Part shown: piece after piece, positions 22,987 through 34,092 of the stretch
Position numbering within the stretch: position 1 is the first letter of the stretch
Layout of the letters: each line of letters begins with the position of its first letter
Assembly: GCA_030867685.1 (NCBI GenBank)
Contig: JAQOWU010000007.1
Location: 744,001 to 808,000, forward strand
Source: Wickerhamiella versatilis
Taxonomy: Eukaryota
Length of the DNA stretch: 64,000 bases
Direction: 5' to 3'
The notes under the pieces: model-generated
Seen by the model: the letters and a program-made list of their open reading frames with translations, nothing else
Told to the model about the DNA's origin: nothing
Database searches by the model: none
Program-made: the position numbers and the translations under genes

Positions 22987-24858
22987 CTAAAAATCTTCAC
23001 TATCATTCCACATACGTTGGTAGGCATAGTCATGATCCATGGAAAGTAAGTCCTCATCCTCAAATGCATTTAGGGCCGGAAACGACCCCTCCACACTTGG
23101 AAGTAGCGGACCAATTGAATCTAAATCACTGGGATTCGGTCCCAGAGTGTTGAATACTTCAGGTGAAATCGCATCCTGAAGAATATTATCGGTCCATGTA
23201 GAATTTCGAGCTGACGCTTTATCGTCATCCTTCTCAGAGGGTGTACCTCCTTCAGAATTATTGTGTGAAGGTACGTCAGAGGGACTTAACTGATTAGCAA
23301 TTGTTTGAAGCAACGACGCATAACCATCGTTCAGCATCGTCATTCCAGGCCTGTAAATTTTCAAAAACTCAGCTCCCTTACGAAGTAATTCAATAAGAGA
23401 AGCTTGACTTCTGCAATTATCGGGCAAGGGGGAAAATAAAATTGCTTTGGAAATAAATACAGATGCGTGCACCAGTCGAACTTGCCAACGTATTGGGGCA
23501 CAAGATGGTAATGCAGGATTTTTAGAATCGATAATATATTCGATAACATTCGCTGCGGCCTCAATAGCCATTGATAAATATTTCCAAGAGTTGGGAACAC
23601 TCAGGAGTTTTGCGCTCGACGGCCGTGTGTATTGATGTGACATTAGTGCCAACGAGAATACGTATAAAGTGGCATGGTTGAATTCAAACATAATTGATCT
23701 CATTGACCAGTCGTCAGATTCAGCAATATGCCGGTAATCAATTAACCACTTTTGAACGTTCTGATTCATCAATTCTAGCAGTGTCATATACCTTCCTGAA
23801 TCAATTAAGGTGCGTGTGGCTTGACGTGAAGAGTATAATGTATGAAAACCGACATGTAAAATTGAAGAGATACCCAGACGTGCTTTTTCGGAAATGGTAA
23901 GATTTTCAGGCCACTGTTCACGAACCGTAGGATTCATAACTGGCGTTCTCCCTAGTCTACAAGAAACAACATGTTCGAGTGTCTGTAAAGCAACGTAGAC
24001 ATTATGATCTGAATAAACCAGACCTGTGTCTTCAGCAAGCTTGGCTGCTTCTCCTAGTAGGAGCCACGACATACGTGCATTTTGTCTCAACAATCGCGGC
24101 CACAAACGTTTATCACCCTTAGGCCAACCTTGGATCAGTTCATCAGACAAAGCGTCAGGTAGCCACTCAACTAAAAGCAGTAATGCGAATATTGCACCAC
24201 GTACCGGCCTGATTCCATCCCACCATTTTGGTGTTTGCTGTTTGCATTGCTCAAACATTGCAAGGTGGATTGCTTGTAGCCTTTCCGTGCTCATATTAGC
24301 GTCTGGTATATAACGCTGCGATGCTATGCAGAGAACAGCAGGAAGAAGCATTCTTTCTGATGCAATTGTGTCGAGTGGTAAAAAAGGAACATACCAGGAC
24401 ATGTTCTCAGCAAAAAATACCACAAGAGACCTGATTTCGGCTGGCTGAACAAGACCTCCATCGACTATAAGGGTTTCGCCTATGACAAGGTCTCCAGAAT
24501 TGTCAAATTCGTCTTCAGTAGCCCCGTCATCGCCTTTCGAGCTCCTAGCTGCCCTTGATAAGATTTCCAGTGCATCCATGATGCTGTACAGTTCCTTCCG
24601 TAACGCGGCGACTTCTGGTGATTTTGATGCTATTTCTCGACGCAGAAGGTCTCGCTTTCTCTGCTTCTCGCGTCCAGCTAAAACATTTCGGATCCCTCCT
24701 CGCCTCGAGATCTTAGGGACTTCGCAAGTCACTTTTTCCCGGACACATCGAACACATGGTCCATTAGGTTCCGACTCTGGTGTGAATACGCAACGAATTT
24801 TGCGCTTACGGCAATTGAGACATGCCTTGTGACTACGCCTGTGATCCTCTGAAGGCAT
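22987..24858 (-). CDS. ARO80: Zn(II)2Cys6 transcription factor, Aro80-like
   Basis: ACLNCRKRKIRC...PCVRCVREKVTC; LLLVEW, MSWLLLG.A..LAED and APIRW..R motifs resemble Aro80. First ATG at 24858. Confidence 0.65.
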   Translation of the reverse strand: MPSEDHRRSHKACLNCRKRKIRCVFTPESEPNGPCVRCVREKVTCEVPKISRRGGIRNVLAGREKQRKRDLLRREIASKSPEVAALRKELYSIMDALEILSRAARSSKGDDGATEDEFDNSGDLVIGETLIVDGGLVQPAEIRSLVVFFAENMSWYVPFLPLDTIASERMLLPAVLCIASQRYIPDANMSTERLQAIHLAMFEQCKQQTPKWWDGIRPVRGAIFALLLLVEWLPDALSDELIQGWPKGDKRLWPRLLRQNARMSWLLLGEAAKLAEDTGLVYSDHNVYVALQTLEHVVSCRLGRTPVMNPTVREQWPENLTISEKARLGISSILHVGFHTLYSSRQATRTLIDSGRYMTLLELMNQNVQKWLIDYRHIAESDDWSMRSIMFEFNHATLYVFSLALMSHQYTRPSSAKLLSVPNSWKYLSMAIEAAANVIEYIIDSKNPALPSCAPIRWQVRLVHASVFISKAILFSPLPDNCRSQASLIELLRKGAEFLKIYRPGMTMLNDGYASLLQTIANQLSPSDVPSHNNSEGGTPSEKDDDKASARNSTWTDNILQDAISPEVFNTLGPNPSDLDSIGPLLPSVEGSFPALNAFEDEDLLSMDHDYAYQRMWNDSEDF

Positions 24859-25032
24859 ATCTCCACTTACATAACAAGACACGATAGTTGGTCTATATAC
24901 ATACTTTAGTTGTTGTCTTCGAACGAGTCATTTGAATCATTTTTAAGGATATGGAAACAAAAAAAAAGGTCTATAAATCTATAATTCTCAACGTCAAGTC
25001 ATATAACGAGAAAACGAATGTGTCAAGTAAGG

Positions 25033-26382
25033 CTAATGAGCATCCCATTGGATCGTATTGAGATCAATGCCATCCTGGTACATATCCCACAACGGTGAAA
25101 GATCTCTGAGATGATTTACTTTGCCAACAACAGTGTCTATGACAAAATCGATTTCAGCATCGGTGGTGAACCGGCCGATACCAAATCTTATCGAGGAGTG
25201 TGCAAGCGCATCATCAGCACCCAAGGCATGCAGCACATATGATGGTTCCAATGATGCTGACGTGCATGCAGACCCCGAACTGAGAGCAATATCTTTGAGC
25301 GCCATAAGAAGCGATTCACCCTCTACATATGCAAAGCTGATGTTCACACATCCCTCGAAAGTGTGTTTTGGATCACCATTGAGGAAAGTTTCAGGAATGG
25401 ATAAGATACTGTCCTTGAGTCGTTTAGACAACCTGCTAATGTGGGCATGATCGTATGCCATATCCCTTTTAGCTATACGTGCAGCTTCACCAAATCCGCA
25501 TACAAGTGGCGCAGCGAGAGTACCAGACCTCAGACCTCGCTCCTGGCCACCGCCCGAAATCATAGGCTCGAGACGCACACGCGGGCGACGACGTACAAAA
25601 GCAGCACCAATTCCCATGGGACCGTAAAGCTTGTGAGCCGAGATAGACATAGCATCTATGTTTAGCTTGTTGACGTCAATCGGGATCTTTCCGTACGCCT
25701 GAGCGGCATCAGTATGGAAAAAAACTTTTTTCTGACGGCAAATCTTGCCAATTTCCTCTATAGGTTGGATCACTCCTATCTCATTGTTCACGAACATTGT
25801 ACTGACAACAGCAGTGTCGGGTCTAATCGATTCCTCGAGCTGCTTGACATCAATGATTCCATTTGCCTGCACCGGTAGATAAGTTACATCAAAACCTTCT
25901 TGCTCCAAATGACGGCATGTGTCTAAGATGCACTTGTGTTCAATTTGGGTTGTTATGATGTGCTTCTTGGTGCGCTTGTAGAACCTAGCAATGCCCTTAA
26001 TGATCATGTTGTTAGTTTCAGTAGCACCGGAAGTGAAAATTATCTCTTTAGGGTCTGCACCTGCGAGTTCCGCCACCGAGGCTCGAGCCGCTTCAACGGC
26101 TTTATCGGTCTCCCATCCGTATTGATGGGTACGAGAATGTGGATTTCCGTACTGTCCAGTATAAAACTGAAGCATGTAGTCCAATACCCGTGGATCAGTG
26201 GGTGTCGTGGCCTGTGCATCGAGGTATACAGGTCTTCCACCTTTGACTTCAGAGAGCGCCGACAAGTCTAGCCTCATCGGATCAAGGTGTCGATGCTTGC
26301 GAGCTAAGTCACAGAGCAGGTTCGCTGAACGAAGGCTCTTAGGACATTCTTTAACCGTTGACAGCCTGCGCACGAATAACAT
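25033..26382 (-). CDS. NFS1: Mitochondrial cysteine desulfurase
   Basis: [38 protein letters not shown]. Confidence 0.97.
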   Translation of the reverse strand: MLFVRRLSTVKECPKSLRSANLLCDLARKHRHLDPMRLDLSALSEVKGGRPVYLDAQATTPTDPRVLDYMLQFYTGQYGNPHSRTHQYGWETDKAVEAARASVAELAGADPKEIIFTSGATETNNMIIKGIARFYKRTKKHIITTQIEHKCILDTCRHLEQEGFDVTYLPVQANGIIDVKQLEESIRPDTAVVSTMFVNNEIGVIQPIEEIGKICRQKKVFFHTDAAQAYGKIPIDVNKLNIDAMSISAHKLYGPMGIGAAFVRRRPRVRLEPMISGGGQERGLRSGTLAAPLVCGFGEAARIAKRDMAYDHAHISRLSKRLKDSILSIPETFLNGDPKHTFEGCVNISFAYVEGESLLMALKDIALSSGSACTSASLEPSYVLHALGADDALAHSSIRFGIGRFTTDAEIDFVIDTVVGKVNHLRDLSPLWDMYQDGIDLNTIQWDAH

Positions 26383-26426
26383 GAAAGTGGCAAGACCAGT
26401 TTGTCAATGATGAGATAATTTAGCAG

Positions 26427-27224
26427 ATGGATCCTGTAATCCAATCTCTTCTGGCAGGTGGTGCCGCCGGTACCTGTACTGATATATTTTTTTTCCCTAT
26501 AGACACTTTGAAAACAAGACTTCAAGCTTCAGGTGGGTTTTTTGCTAATGGTGGATGGCGAGGTGTCTATCGAGGTTTAGGAAGCGCCGTTGTAGCGTCC
26601 GCCCCAGGAGCATCACTCTTTTTTATATGTTATGACCAAGGTAAGCGCTTTCTTCCAGACCTTGGGTTCTCAAATACATTGAGCCATATGATATCCGCGT
26701 CTATAGGCGAGGTTGCAGCATGCTCCGTACGAGTCCCTTCAGAGTTGGTTAAACAACGTGTGCAGGCTGGTCAGCATTCTCGGAGTTTCCATGCGTTGAA
26801 AGCTATTTTGTCCAATTTTTCAGGTGAGGGGTCTATTAGAGGGTTATATAGAGGTTATGGGACTACTATACTGAGAGAAATACCTTTTACAGCGATACAG
26901 TTTCCATTGTACGAGCAACTCAAAGTAAAATGGGCTCAGAATATTGGCGTTGACAAAATTGGACTCGCGGAAGGAGCTGTTTGTGGATCAATGGCGGGCG
27001 GTGTAGCGGCAGCGGCAACTACTCCTTTAGATGTATTGAAAACACGCATAATGCTAAAGTCACAGAGAATTTCCGTATTGTCTGCAGCTCGCGAAATTGC
27101 AGACGAAGGAATGGGTGCATTCTTTCGTGGCATAGTCCCAAGAACTTTGTGGATTAGTGCAGGTGGTTCTGTTTTCTTGGGTATGTATGAAGTTACAGCC
27201 CATCTGCTCAAAATGGGTCTCTAG
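26427..27224 (+). CDS. PET8: Mitochondrial S-adenosylmethionine carrier
   Basis: FFPIDTLKTRLQ, RVPSELVKQR, REIPFTAIQFPLYE, TTPLDVLKTR (Pet8/Sam5 signature). Confidence 0.9.
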   Translation: MDPVIQSLLAGGAAGTCTDIFFFPIDTLKTRLQASGGFFANGGWRGVYRGLGSAVVASAPGASLFFICYDQGKRFLPDLGFSNTLSHMISASIGEVAACSVRVPSELVKQRVQAGQHSRSFHALKAILSNFSGEGSIRGLYRGYGTTILREIPFTAIQFPLYEQLKVKWAQNIGVDKIGLAEGAVCGSMAGGVAAAATTPLDVLKTRIMLKSQRISVLSAAREIADEGMGAFFRGIVPRTLWISAGGSVFLGMYEVTAHLLKMGL

Positions 27225-27423
27225 CTCTGTATATAGATTTTTTGTGACCTGGAGAGACTCGTGACAAGTAAAAAGCTTGAGAAAAAAATAGTATTCTAAT
27301 GTTTCTCGATTCTAGTAGAAAAAAAGGGTGGTCGACACAGGACCTCAAGCCCAAGGGCAATTTTCCGTAAAAGACTTGAAGTTAGTTTAACGGCTAATAA
27401 ATAGTGAGCTAGAATACATATTG

Positions 27424-28410
27424 CTAAGAACGCTTCGTGATTAAAATCTCACCGTTTCGTTTTGTCCGACGCGCATATTTCAATATCCAGGAATCAAGTT
27501 TCGCATTTGATGGGACGAGATCGCGAATAAAAGGTGCAATTTCGTCGAGTTCCCACTGGTGTTTAATGGAGAATATCTGTCTAAAGCGACCTCTGGGATC
27601 AGGGTGCAACGTTGATGAATCAAAATATCGAACATAACCAGGGGAAGCCTCAACCATACAATCTTCTAATGATGCAAGATCCAAATCTACTTTCAATGGT
27701 AAAGATTGAGACCATTCCTTAATGAATTCTGCTTTACTGGTGACATCAGTATGGGAGGCCAGCAGAAACCTGCCTATCCACGGGTTGATTATGCTGATAT
27801 CCAAACCTTCGCCATCTGGGAGTGAGAATTTGGCATAGACCGCTCGGACAACCCGATCAGGTATATCAGGAAGATCTACTACTTTCAAAGCTTCATCAAT
27901 AGATGCATTAAGGTCATCTCTAGTACTAATTAGAGATGTGATGAGGTCAATCAGGACGAGATGCACGGTTTCCGGAGAGACCACATACACGTGACCATCA
28001 ATTTCAACACCAGGCTTTCTGACCCAAAGGTCATCGAATTCTGAAGAGGAACATGGCGAATGCAATCGAAGGTCAAAAATTGTCTTTTCGCTCTTTCCTG
28101 TAGTCCAAGCTGGTATACCTGTCCAATCGATCGCACCCTTACCTTGAGATGGTTCTAGCAGACTGGTAGCTGAGCCAAATATGACAGTTTCATCGTCATT
28201 AGGAGTGGATAACAATAAAGAATTGGACTGATTCAATTTTTTTAGGTGAAACGTTTTATGTTCAGTGCACACAACAACTGCTTTATGATCCTGCCCAGAT
28301 TTGATTTTCAATTCGCCTTTTTCTAATGCTTCCGCTAATACGGGTGTAAGTTCGAGCAGCCCATACTTCTTCTGGTTATTGATAGCCGCTTTTAACGGCC
28401 GACGCGTCAT
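27424..28410 (-). CDS. DCC1: Dcc1 subunit of the Ctf18-RFC complex
   Basis: YGLLELTP.L, V.CTE.KTF.LK..NQSNSLLL, C-terminal DPRGRFRQIF..K..W..DEI.PFI. Confidence 0.8.
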   Translation of the reverse strand: MTRRPLKAAINNQKKYGLLELTPVLAEALEKGELKIKSGQDHKAVVVCTEHKTFHLKKLNQSNSLLLSTPNDDETVIFGSATSLLEPSQGKGAIDWTGIPAWTTGKSEKTIFDLRLHSPCSSSEFDDLWVRKPGVEIDGHVYVVSPETVHLVLIDLITSLISTRDDLNASIDEALKVVDLPDIPDRVVRAVYAKFSLPDGEGLDISIINPWIGRFLLASHTDVTSKAEFIKEWSQSLPLKVDLDLASLEDCMVEASPGYVRYFDSSTLHPDPRGRFRQIFSIKHQWELDEIAPFIRDLVPSNAKLDSWILKYARRTKRNGEILITKRS

Positions 28411-28509
28411 CCGAGATATACGGTTATGACTAATAAACGCGACCTGGTCGATCCCATTAAGGGTTAGGAGTCTGTGCTTCTCTCTCCTTCACAGTTGGCG
28501 GAGTCGCAG

Positions 28510-31500
28510 ATGAGCATCACAATAGATTCCAATGCCCCGTATACCACGGAGTTACCGGTAGACAGGCTTGGAACTGCGGTATACATGTCTGCTAAGGATG
28601 ATGTTTTGGGTACTCTATTTGCTGTGGTATATCGAGCGAACCCAAGTTCTCCTAAATTGAGTGTACTGTTGGTTGGTGCCCATGGAACTTCCGGCTATAC
28701 CAATATGACCTTGGATCAGAGGTCTAGATACTGGGGTGCGTGCAGAGCACTTGCTCCAGCACATGCAAACTCTCCCGTCCGTCGAGCTTTGGCAATAGCG
28801 GTGCTACGGACCTGGGCGACTATGGACCGTCCACTTAGAAGACAACTGCTCCTAGACTATGGCCAGGAAATGCGCCATTGGGACGAGGCAGCTGCTGGTG
28901 CTCTGGGATCCAAGTTCGCATTGCTCCATGGGAAGTATCCGGCAAACATAGGGCGCCATTTACTAGACTCTGGTCTCATCACCCCGAAACATGTTCCTAC
29001 AACAGTTGTTGATGTTGTGTATGAAGATTCTGATGATACAATCAATGATAATAATCAATTGGCTTATTTACTTGGTGATCAGCTTGAGCAGCTGTTTGAC
29101 CCTTTATCGGAATATAACCCTGAGCCTACCGAGAAGCTATATCAGCCCCCTGCCCAACCGAGTATCAATGATGATACCAAAACTGTAAGAGATATATGTG
29201 AAGAACTTTTCGCCTTGGTGAGCCATGTACAGGAAGACCTGGCGCATTTTTTGCAAACGTTCATTGTGCCCATGCGGATACAACTACTACGAGGAAACAG
29301 CAGTCTATCTATTGAAAGGCTTAATACAGTGTTTGCTCCAACAATCGATGAGCTTTATCGCGTTAACACGTTACTGCATGACGCACTCCAGCAGGCCATG
29401 AGCTTTGGAAGTGTGGAGGTGATGAAAGCCTGTGGAACAACAATTCCTTATTTCTATCGTGCCTGCATGCGCCACGAAGCAGCAATGCGTGATTTTGAAC
29501 CCAAGCTTGCCGAAATTGAGCCACAGTTACCGTTGCAATATTCAAAAGCTCGTATGAATTCTGTATTACAGAATTCCCTTAATCTCACAAAACTGCGACT
29601 TATATTGCAACGCCTGTATAAGTCAAGAAGCTGGCCTACTGAGGCGAAGGAGGCGTACGACGTATCTGTATCCACAATAGACAATTTTGCGCGCTCCGAA
29701 CCACAAAGCTACCAACGCACTTTCACGCCAACAGGAAAGCTCCTGGTGGAGATTACTGACGGATGGCCTGCTGAACTCGAACTTGGGTCGATGAGTCGTA
29801 GAGTTGTTACAGTGGTTGATGCAGTGGATATTCTTGAGCCAAATAATCATTTGCGAGCACTACACCATATTATTATTATTTTTACAGACGCAGTTGTTAT
29901 TTTACAGCCATTTGAGCCTATTCCTACCAAGAGCTCTAGTGGATATCATCTTCCAAGTGTCGGGGATGTTTTGTTACATGCAATGTTAAATGAGGTGCCA
30001 CTGGTGAGCTCGAACGTTCCGCCATTAAGAGTTGTAATGTGGGCTCCAATCCTCGATGTGACTTTTGCTTCCTTTGGTAAACGTTCTTTACAAGTCATTT
30101 CCCAGCCGGAACCATGGAAATGTTCTCAGGGAGGTACTGATGTCTATTCGCGTGTGTATGAACTTGTACAACCTGACAGCAACTCCTCCAAACTAATAGA
30201 GCTGCTCGCTAAAGCTAAGATGACAACTAAAACGCAGCCTTTCCATCTGTTCCGACTCCACGGAGAAGATATGACGACATTTTATTCCACTGTTCAAGAA
30301 CTCCACGGATATCGCGAAGAGGTTAATCGCACATCGGTGGCGATTTTTCTAAGCACACAAATATCTCGTGAAATGCTTAGCGCCTATGACCTAACAGCTG
30401 CAGTTTCTCTTCGCTGCGAAGGCTCCCATGTGGTTGTGAATATTATAAGTCGCGTTGGCTACTCATCGAAAGAACGGATACCTAAAGAAAATCTTCGAAG
30501 ACATATAATAGGCGAAGTCTCTTATCTTATTACACTGTCTCTGTCGTCACAAAATCGTTCTGCTCTCAGTTCAATCTTGTCATGGAATCGAGACTTTTCG
30601 CAAGCAATGGTCAAATGGGCTAAGTTACCAGAACCCAAGAAGACTCACAATCACCAAGAATCCCATAAACATGCTGCTGAGAATCTAGGGCTGTCTGTTA
30701 GCAAACAAAGAGGCAATTCCACGCCTAATATTATGGGAGGACTTCCATCATCTTCTAGAGACCAGTCTCAGTCTTCGAAGGAACAGTCCATGAAGGAACA
30801 GTCATTAAAGGCTCATTCATCAAGGGATCTATCCTCAAGAGATGTTTCCTCCAATTATTCCGACCATATTGTGCCATTGCACTTGCGTAAGCGACAAGAC
30901 ACCATACCTCCTAGACCAGATCATGATTCTGAGGCCGGTACGATTGACAATCCTCCTGAGGAATTAGAATACAGGAAGTCAAGTCTCTGGACCGAAAATA
31001 CGGATGAAGATGAGGCTGAGCAACGTGATGTAGACGCGTGGTATTATCAGCTTCAACAAGACAATGAAAGTAGTTTGAGCAGCGGTCTCTCTGAGCCACC
31101 GTCCCTTGCACCTGACACAATCCAAATTGGTGGCTTTTTAACCCATAGTGCCTCTCAGCTTTATAATTCGTGTGCAGGGCGCGCATTTCCAGCGCTCTCA
31201 TCGTCTGGTGAATTTAGTGATGCAGCGACTGAACATTCTGTAGAAACAGAAACAAATGATGAAGACTTTTCATATCTTGCTGGTTTAGTAGATGTTGGTA
31301 CCGATGTCTCTCAATCTCCATCATTAGATTCGAAAGTTTATCCTGATCTGCGGGAGACATCATTTGTCCGCCTTGGAAGCTTCATTTTGCATGGAGATAA
31401 GTCAAAGGCCGAGATACTTTCTCATTTAAATTCACAGAGGTCCTTTAAGCCACCAATACCAGAGGAACTTGAGACTCAGGATAAGGTTTCCGAAGATCAG

Positions 31501-32385
31501 ATTCTCCAGGATCAGGCACATCAGGGTTGGACACCTCAGGATAAGGCTCTTGATAGTGACCTAGAAGACCTGAGCTTCGCTGAAGAGGGTCTTGAAGATA
31601 CATTAGCAAGTGATCCAGGAGAGCCCGGTGCGGAAGCCACTGCTAGCTCACCAGATGAAGATAATACTGACTTTGACTTTTTCCCAGATTATCCAAAGGA
31701 TTTTGTAAGTGATAATGAGGACAATGGTTCCAATCATTCTGTTGATCAGGAGGACAATGCTGGTACAATTGACGAGGAACATGAAAACGATAAGCAGGCA
31801 AGTGATCAAGAAACAGTCAAAGCAGATAATAGAAATGAAATCCTTCCTAATTTTTCGCCTGTGAAAGTTGATGAGGCTGAGGCTGAGGATGAGGATGCGA
31901 TGGACAATTGGCTGATTTGGGATCGAAGAAAGTCAATAGCGTCACTTGCGCCATCCAGGGGGTCCGTTATTCTCTCTCCAGTAGAGAAGAGACAGTCTTA
32001 TAGACTTGTGCCATCAAAAAGTGAGGCTAGTTTCCGAAAAATGGTAATGTCTTCGAGCTTAAATAGTCTTCAGCTTGCCAGTTTCGTCGTACAAGTAGAG
32101 CAGAAGTTACACTCTGTTCCTAGCCCAGTTGCGAGTGAGCTTAAATCAATCATCGATCTCACAAGCGAAATGTTCAAATCCACCGAAACCGGTGTCGAGC
32201 TCGAGAATCTCAGAAGAAGACAGGTTGCGTCAATGACCTGGATTCTAGTCGATCTTGGGTATCCCTCCCTTGTAAAAGGGTTGCTAGACATAGAGTGGAT
32301 AAGGAGATCACGGATACATGAACATTTCGATTTTCTTAAGAAAGGAGATGCTCTTGTACCACAAGACTTGTGGAAAGTAAGTTAG
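28510..32385 (+). CDS. BUD3: Bud3-like DH-domain bud-site selection protein
   Basis: LGDQLEQLFDPLSEYNPEPTE, F.PTIDE..RVN, GTTIPYFY.A..RHEAA, FTPTGKLLVE; head-to-head with DCC1. First ATG at 28510. Confidence 0.8.
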   Translation: MSITIDSNAPYTTELPVDRLGTAVYMSAKDDVLGTLFAVVYRANPSSPKLSVLLVGAHGTSGYTNMTLDQRSRYWGACRALAPAHANSPVRRALAIAVLRTWATMDRPLRRQLLLDYGQEMRHWDEAAAGALGSKFALLHGKYPANIGRHLLDSGLITPKHVPTTVVDVVYEDSDDTINDNNQLAYLLGDQLEQLFDPLSEYNPEPTEKLYQPPAQPSINDDTKTVRDICEELFALVSHVQEDLAHFLQTFIVPMRIQLLRGNSSLSIERLNTVFAPTIDELYRVNTLLHDALQQAMSFGSVEVMKACGTTIPYFYRACMRHEAAMRDFEPKLAEIEPQLPLQYSKARMNSVLQNSLNLTKLRLILQRLYKSRSWPTEAKEAYDVSVSTIDNFARSEPQSYQRTFTPTGKLLVEITDGWPAELELGSMSRRVVTVVDAVDILEPNNHLRALHHIIIIFTDAVVILQPFEPIPTKSSSGYHLPSVGDVLLHAMLNEVPLVSSNVPPLRVVMWAPILDVTFASFGKRSLQVISQPEPWKCSQGGTDVYSRVYELVQPDSNSSKLIELLAKAKMTTKTQPFHLFRLHGEDMTTFYSTVQELHGYREEVNRTSVAIFLSTQISREMLSAYDLTAAVSLRCEGSHVVVNIISRVGYSSKERIPKENLRRHIIGEVSYLITLSLSSQNRSALSSILSWNRDFSQAMVKWAKLPEPKKTHNHQESHKHAAENLGLSVSKQRGNSTPNIMGGLPSSSRDQSQSSKEQSMKEQSLKAHSSRDLSSRDVSSNYSDHIVPLHLRKRQDTIPPRPDHDSEAGTIDNPPEELEYRKSSLWTENTDEDEAEQRDVDAWYYQLQQDNESSLSSGLSEPPSLAPDTIQIGGFLTHSASQLYNSCAGRAFPALSSSGEFSDAATEHSVETETNDEDFSYLAGLVDVGTDVSQSPSLDSKVYPDLRETSFVRLGSFILHGDKSKAEILSHLNSQRSFKPPIPEELETQDKVSEDQILQDQAHQGWTPQDKALDSDLEDLSFAEEGLEDTLASDPGEPGAEATASSPDEDNTDFDFFPDYPKDFVSDNEDNGSNHSVDQEDNAGTIDEEHENDKQASDQETVKADNRNEILPNFSPVKVDEAEAEDEDAMDNWLIWDRRKSIASLAPSRGSVILSPVEKRQSYRLVPSKSEASFRKMVMSSSLNSLQLASFVVQVEQKLHSVPSPVASELKSIIDLTSEMFKSTETGVELENLRRRQVASMTWILVDLGYPSLVKGLLDIEWIRRSRIHEHFDFLKKGDALVPQDLWKVS

Positions 32386-32671
32386 GTGGGTCATTTTTTA
32401 TTTTTGAATTTTGTTTAATACCAAAAACCATTTTGTAGACTAGTATAAACAACGCTATAATAATATTTTTACTCTATGATAGGTGAAGAAGCTAGTTTTC
32501 AAAGTATAAGTATATCAAATGCGACATTTTCAGCCAGACACTCGCTTAGTGACTCTCGAAAGAGGAATTGGTAATAGAGTTCTGACAATGGAATAAAAGC
32601 TACATGAGTATACGCTTGCATTCACAGAAAATCCAAAGTTATTACATAGTTTTAGTGGTGACAACAATAAA

Positions 32672-33817
32672 TTAGGAGGTCGAAGAAATACTTTCAGCCT
32701 TTTTTGAGTGACGGCGCACTTGCCGCAATCGTGACTGCATTCTTGCATAGGTACCGCGTCGTACAATAATTTCAAGCGTTTTTTTTGAATAGCGGTATTG
32801 TCTTACTGTTTGGCGATGAAGCTCATCAATGATACGCCGGCGAAGATCTTCATCAGTATCCCTAATCCAAGTCCGATGACCGACTTCGAATCCTTCACGC
32901 CGTACAATGTTCATAATACGCTCCTCACGGGATTTCGCCTCCTCGTGATCATTAGCGAGTCCCATTCTTGAATAAAGATCGGATAGAGGCATCTTCGATA
33001 TCGACCTATTACGACCATGACCTAGACCTGCTGCAAAAGCTCTAGCAGAACTACCTGACTGTGCATCACCGCTCGAAACGGAAGGTGAAGCATCTGGAGG
33101 CGGAAAGTCACCACGAAGGCCCATTGGCAACATAATTTGTGGTTGTGGGGCTATTAGCCCAGGATCCTGAGGTAAAGGAGGCCCCAATGTAGATCTTGAT
33201 CCGCTCTCGCCATTATGTGGATTAGACTGATTGAGTCCTGAAATGGGTGGGAAACGATACTGAACCCAAGAGCCATCGTCCGTTTGAATAGGCCTCGTAT
33301 TTGCATTGGGACCTTGATGATGTGTTTCGACTGGATCTGAACGATGGTTATCGGTAGTATGTGAGGTTGAGACAGAAATATTAGATTGACTACGTCCCCA
33401 CTGATCTACTATGCCAAGTCCAAAGTCGAGCCAGGGCAGGTCAGTTGTAGAGGCCTGAGTTGAAGTGGAGGTTTCTGTGCTGTAATATTCAAGTGGAGTG
33501 TAGGTGAACGGGGAATTCCATCCGGCAGCGTTCGATACACGTGCAGATCCGACGCCTGATCCGAGAAAGGCTTGCTCCGAGCACGGGTTGAGGTGCTCCC
33601 CTGGGTCCTGATCTGGCAGTACCAACTCATCACTAGGACCACTCATTGCACTAGCACCATGGGTACGCAGAACAGCCGCGCCAGCGCAATTCTGATCTGC
33701 CAACAGTCTAGCAGTGTCGACGTTTCCCTGGTCGTCCATGTCCGTATGTTCCATGTTTATCCAGGACATCATGGACTCCATAGGGTCCGCCGCTAACATG
33801 TGATCCATATCATTCAT
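32672..33817 (-). CDS. Uncharacterised protein with conserved basic C-terminal domain (YBL029W-like, possibly DNA-binding)
   Basis: Low-complexity N-terminus; C-terminal LEIIVRRGTYARMQSRLRQVRR recalls YBL029W (from memory). Confidence 0.55.
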   Translation of the reverse strand: MNDMDHMLAADPMESMMSWINMEHTDMDDQGNVDTARLLADQNCAGAAVLRTHGASAMSGPSDELVLPDQDPGEHLNPCSEQAFLGSGVGSARVSNAAGWNSPFTYTPLEYYSTETSTSTQASTTDLPWLDFGLGIVDQWGRSQSNISVSTSHTTDNHRSDPVETHHQGPNANTRPIQTDDGSWVQYRFPPISGLNQSNPHNGESGSRSTLGPPLPQDPGLIAPQPQIMLPMGLRGDFPPPDASPSVSSGDAQSGSSARAFAAGLGHGRNRSISKMPLSDLYSRMGLANDHEEAKSREERIMNIVRREGFEVGHRTWIRDTDEDLRRRIIDELHRQTVRQYRYSKKTLEIIVRRGTYARMQSRLRQVRRHSKKAESISSTS

Positions 33818-34092
33818 TGCATCGATAAACGAGGGACGGGACTAAACGACGACAGGATCCAACTTAGTCTCTTTTCATTACATATAGTCTTTATTAGTAC
33901 CATCTTGGCATAAGCTTTGGCTGCACCAGTTTGGGTTCGGGTTCCCTCCACGCTTGCCAGATAGAGCAGGTATTAATTAAAAGGCGGCCAGGTGGATATC
34001 CAGCACAAGAAGCAGCAAAAATTTATAGTTGCTTCGGAAGGAAGGCTCTGGGAAAATTGATGTAGAGATTATAAGCTCACCCAGCTAAAAGC

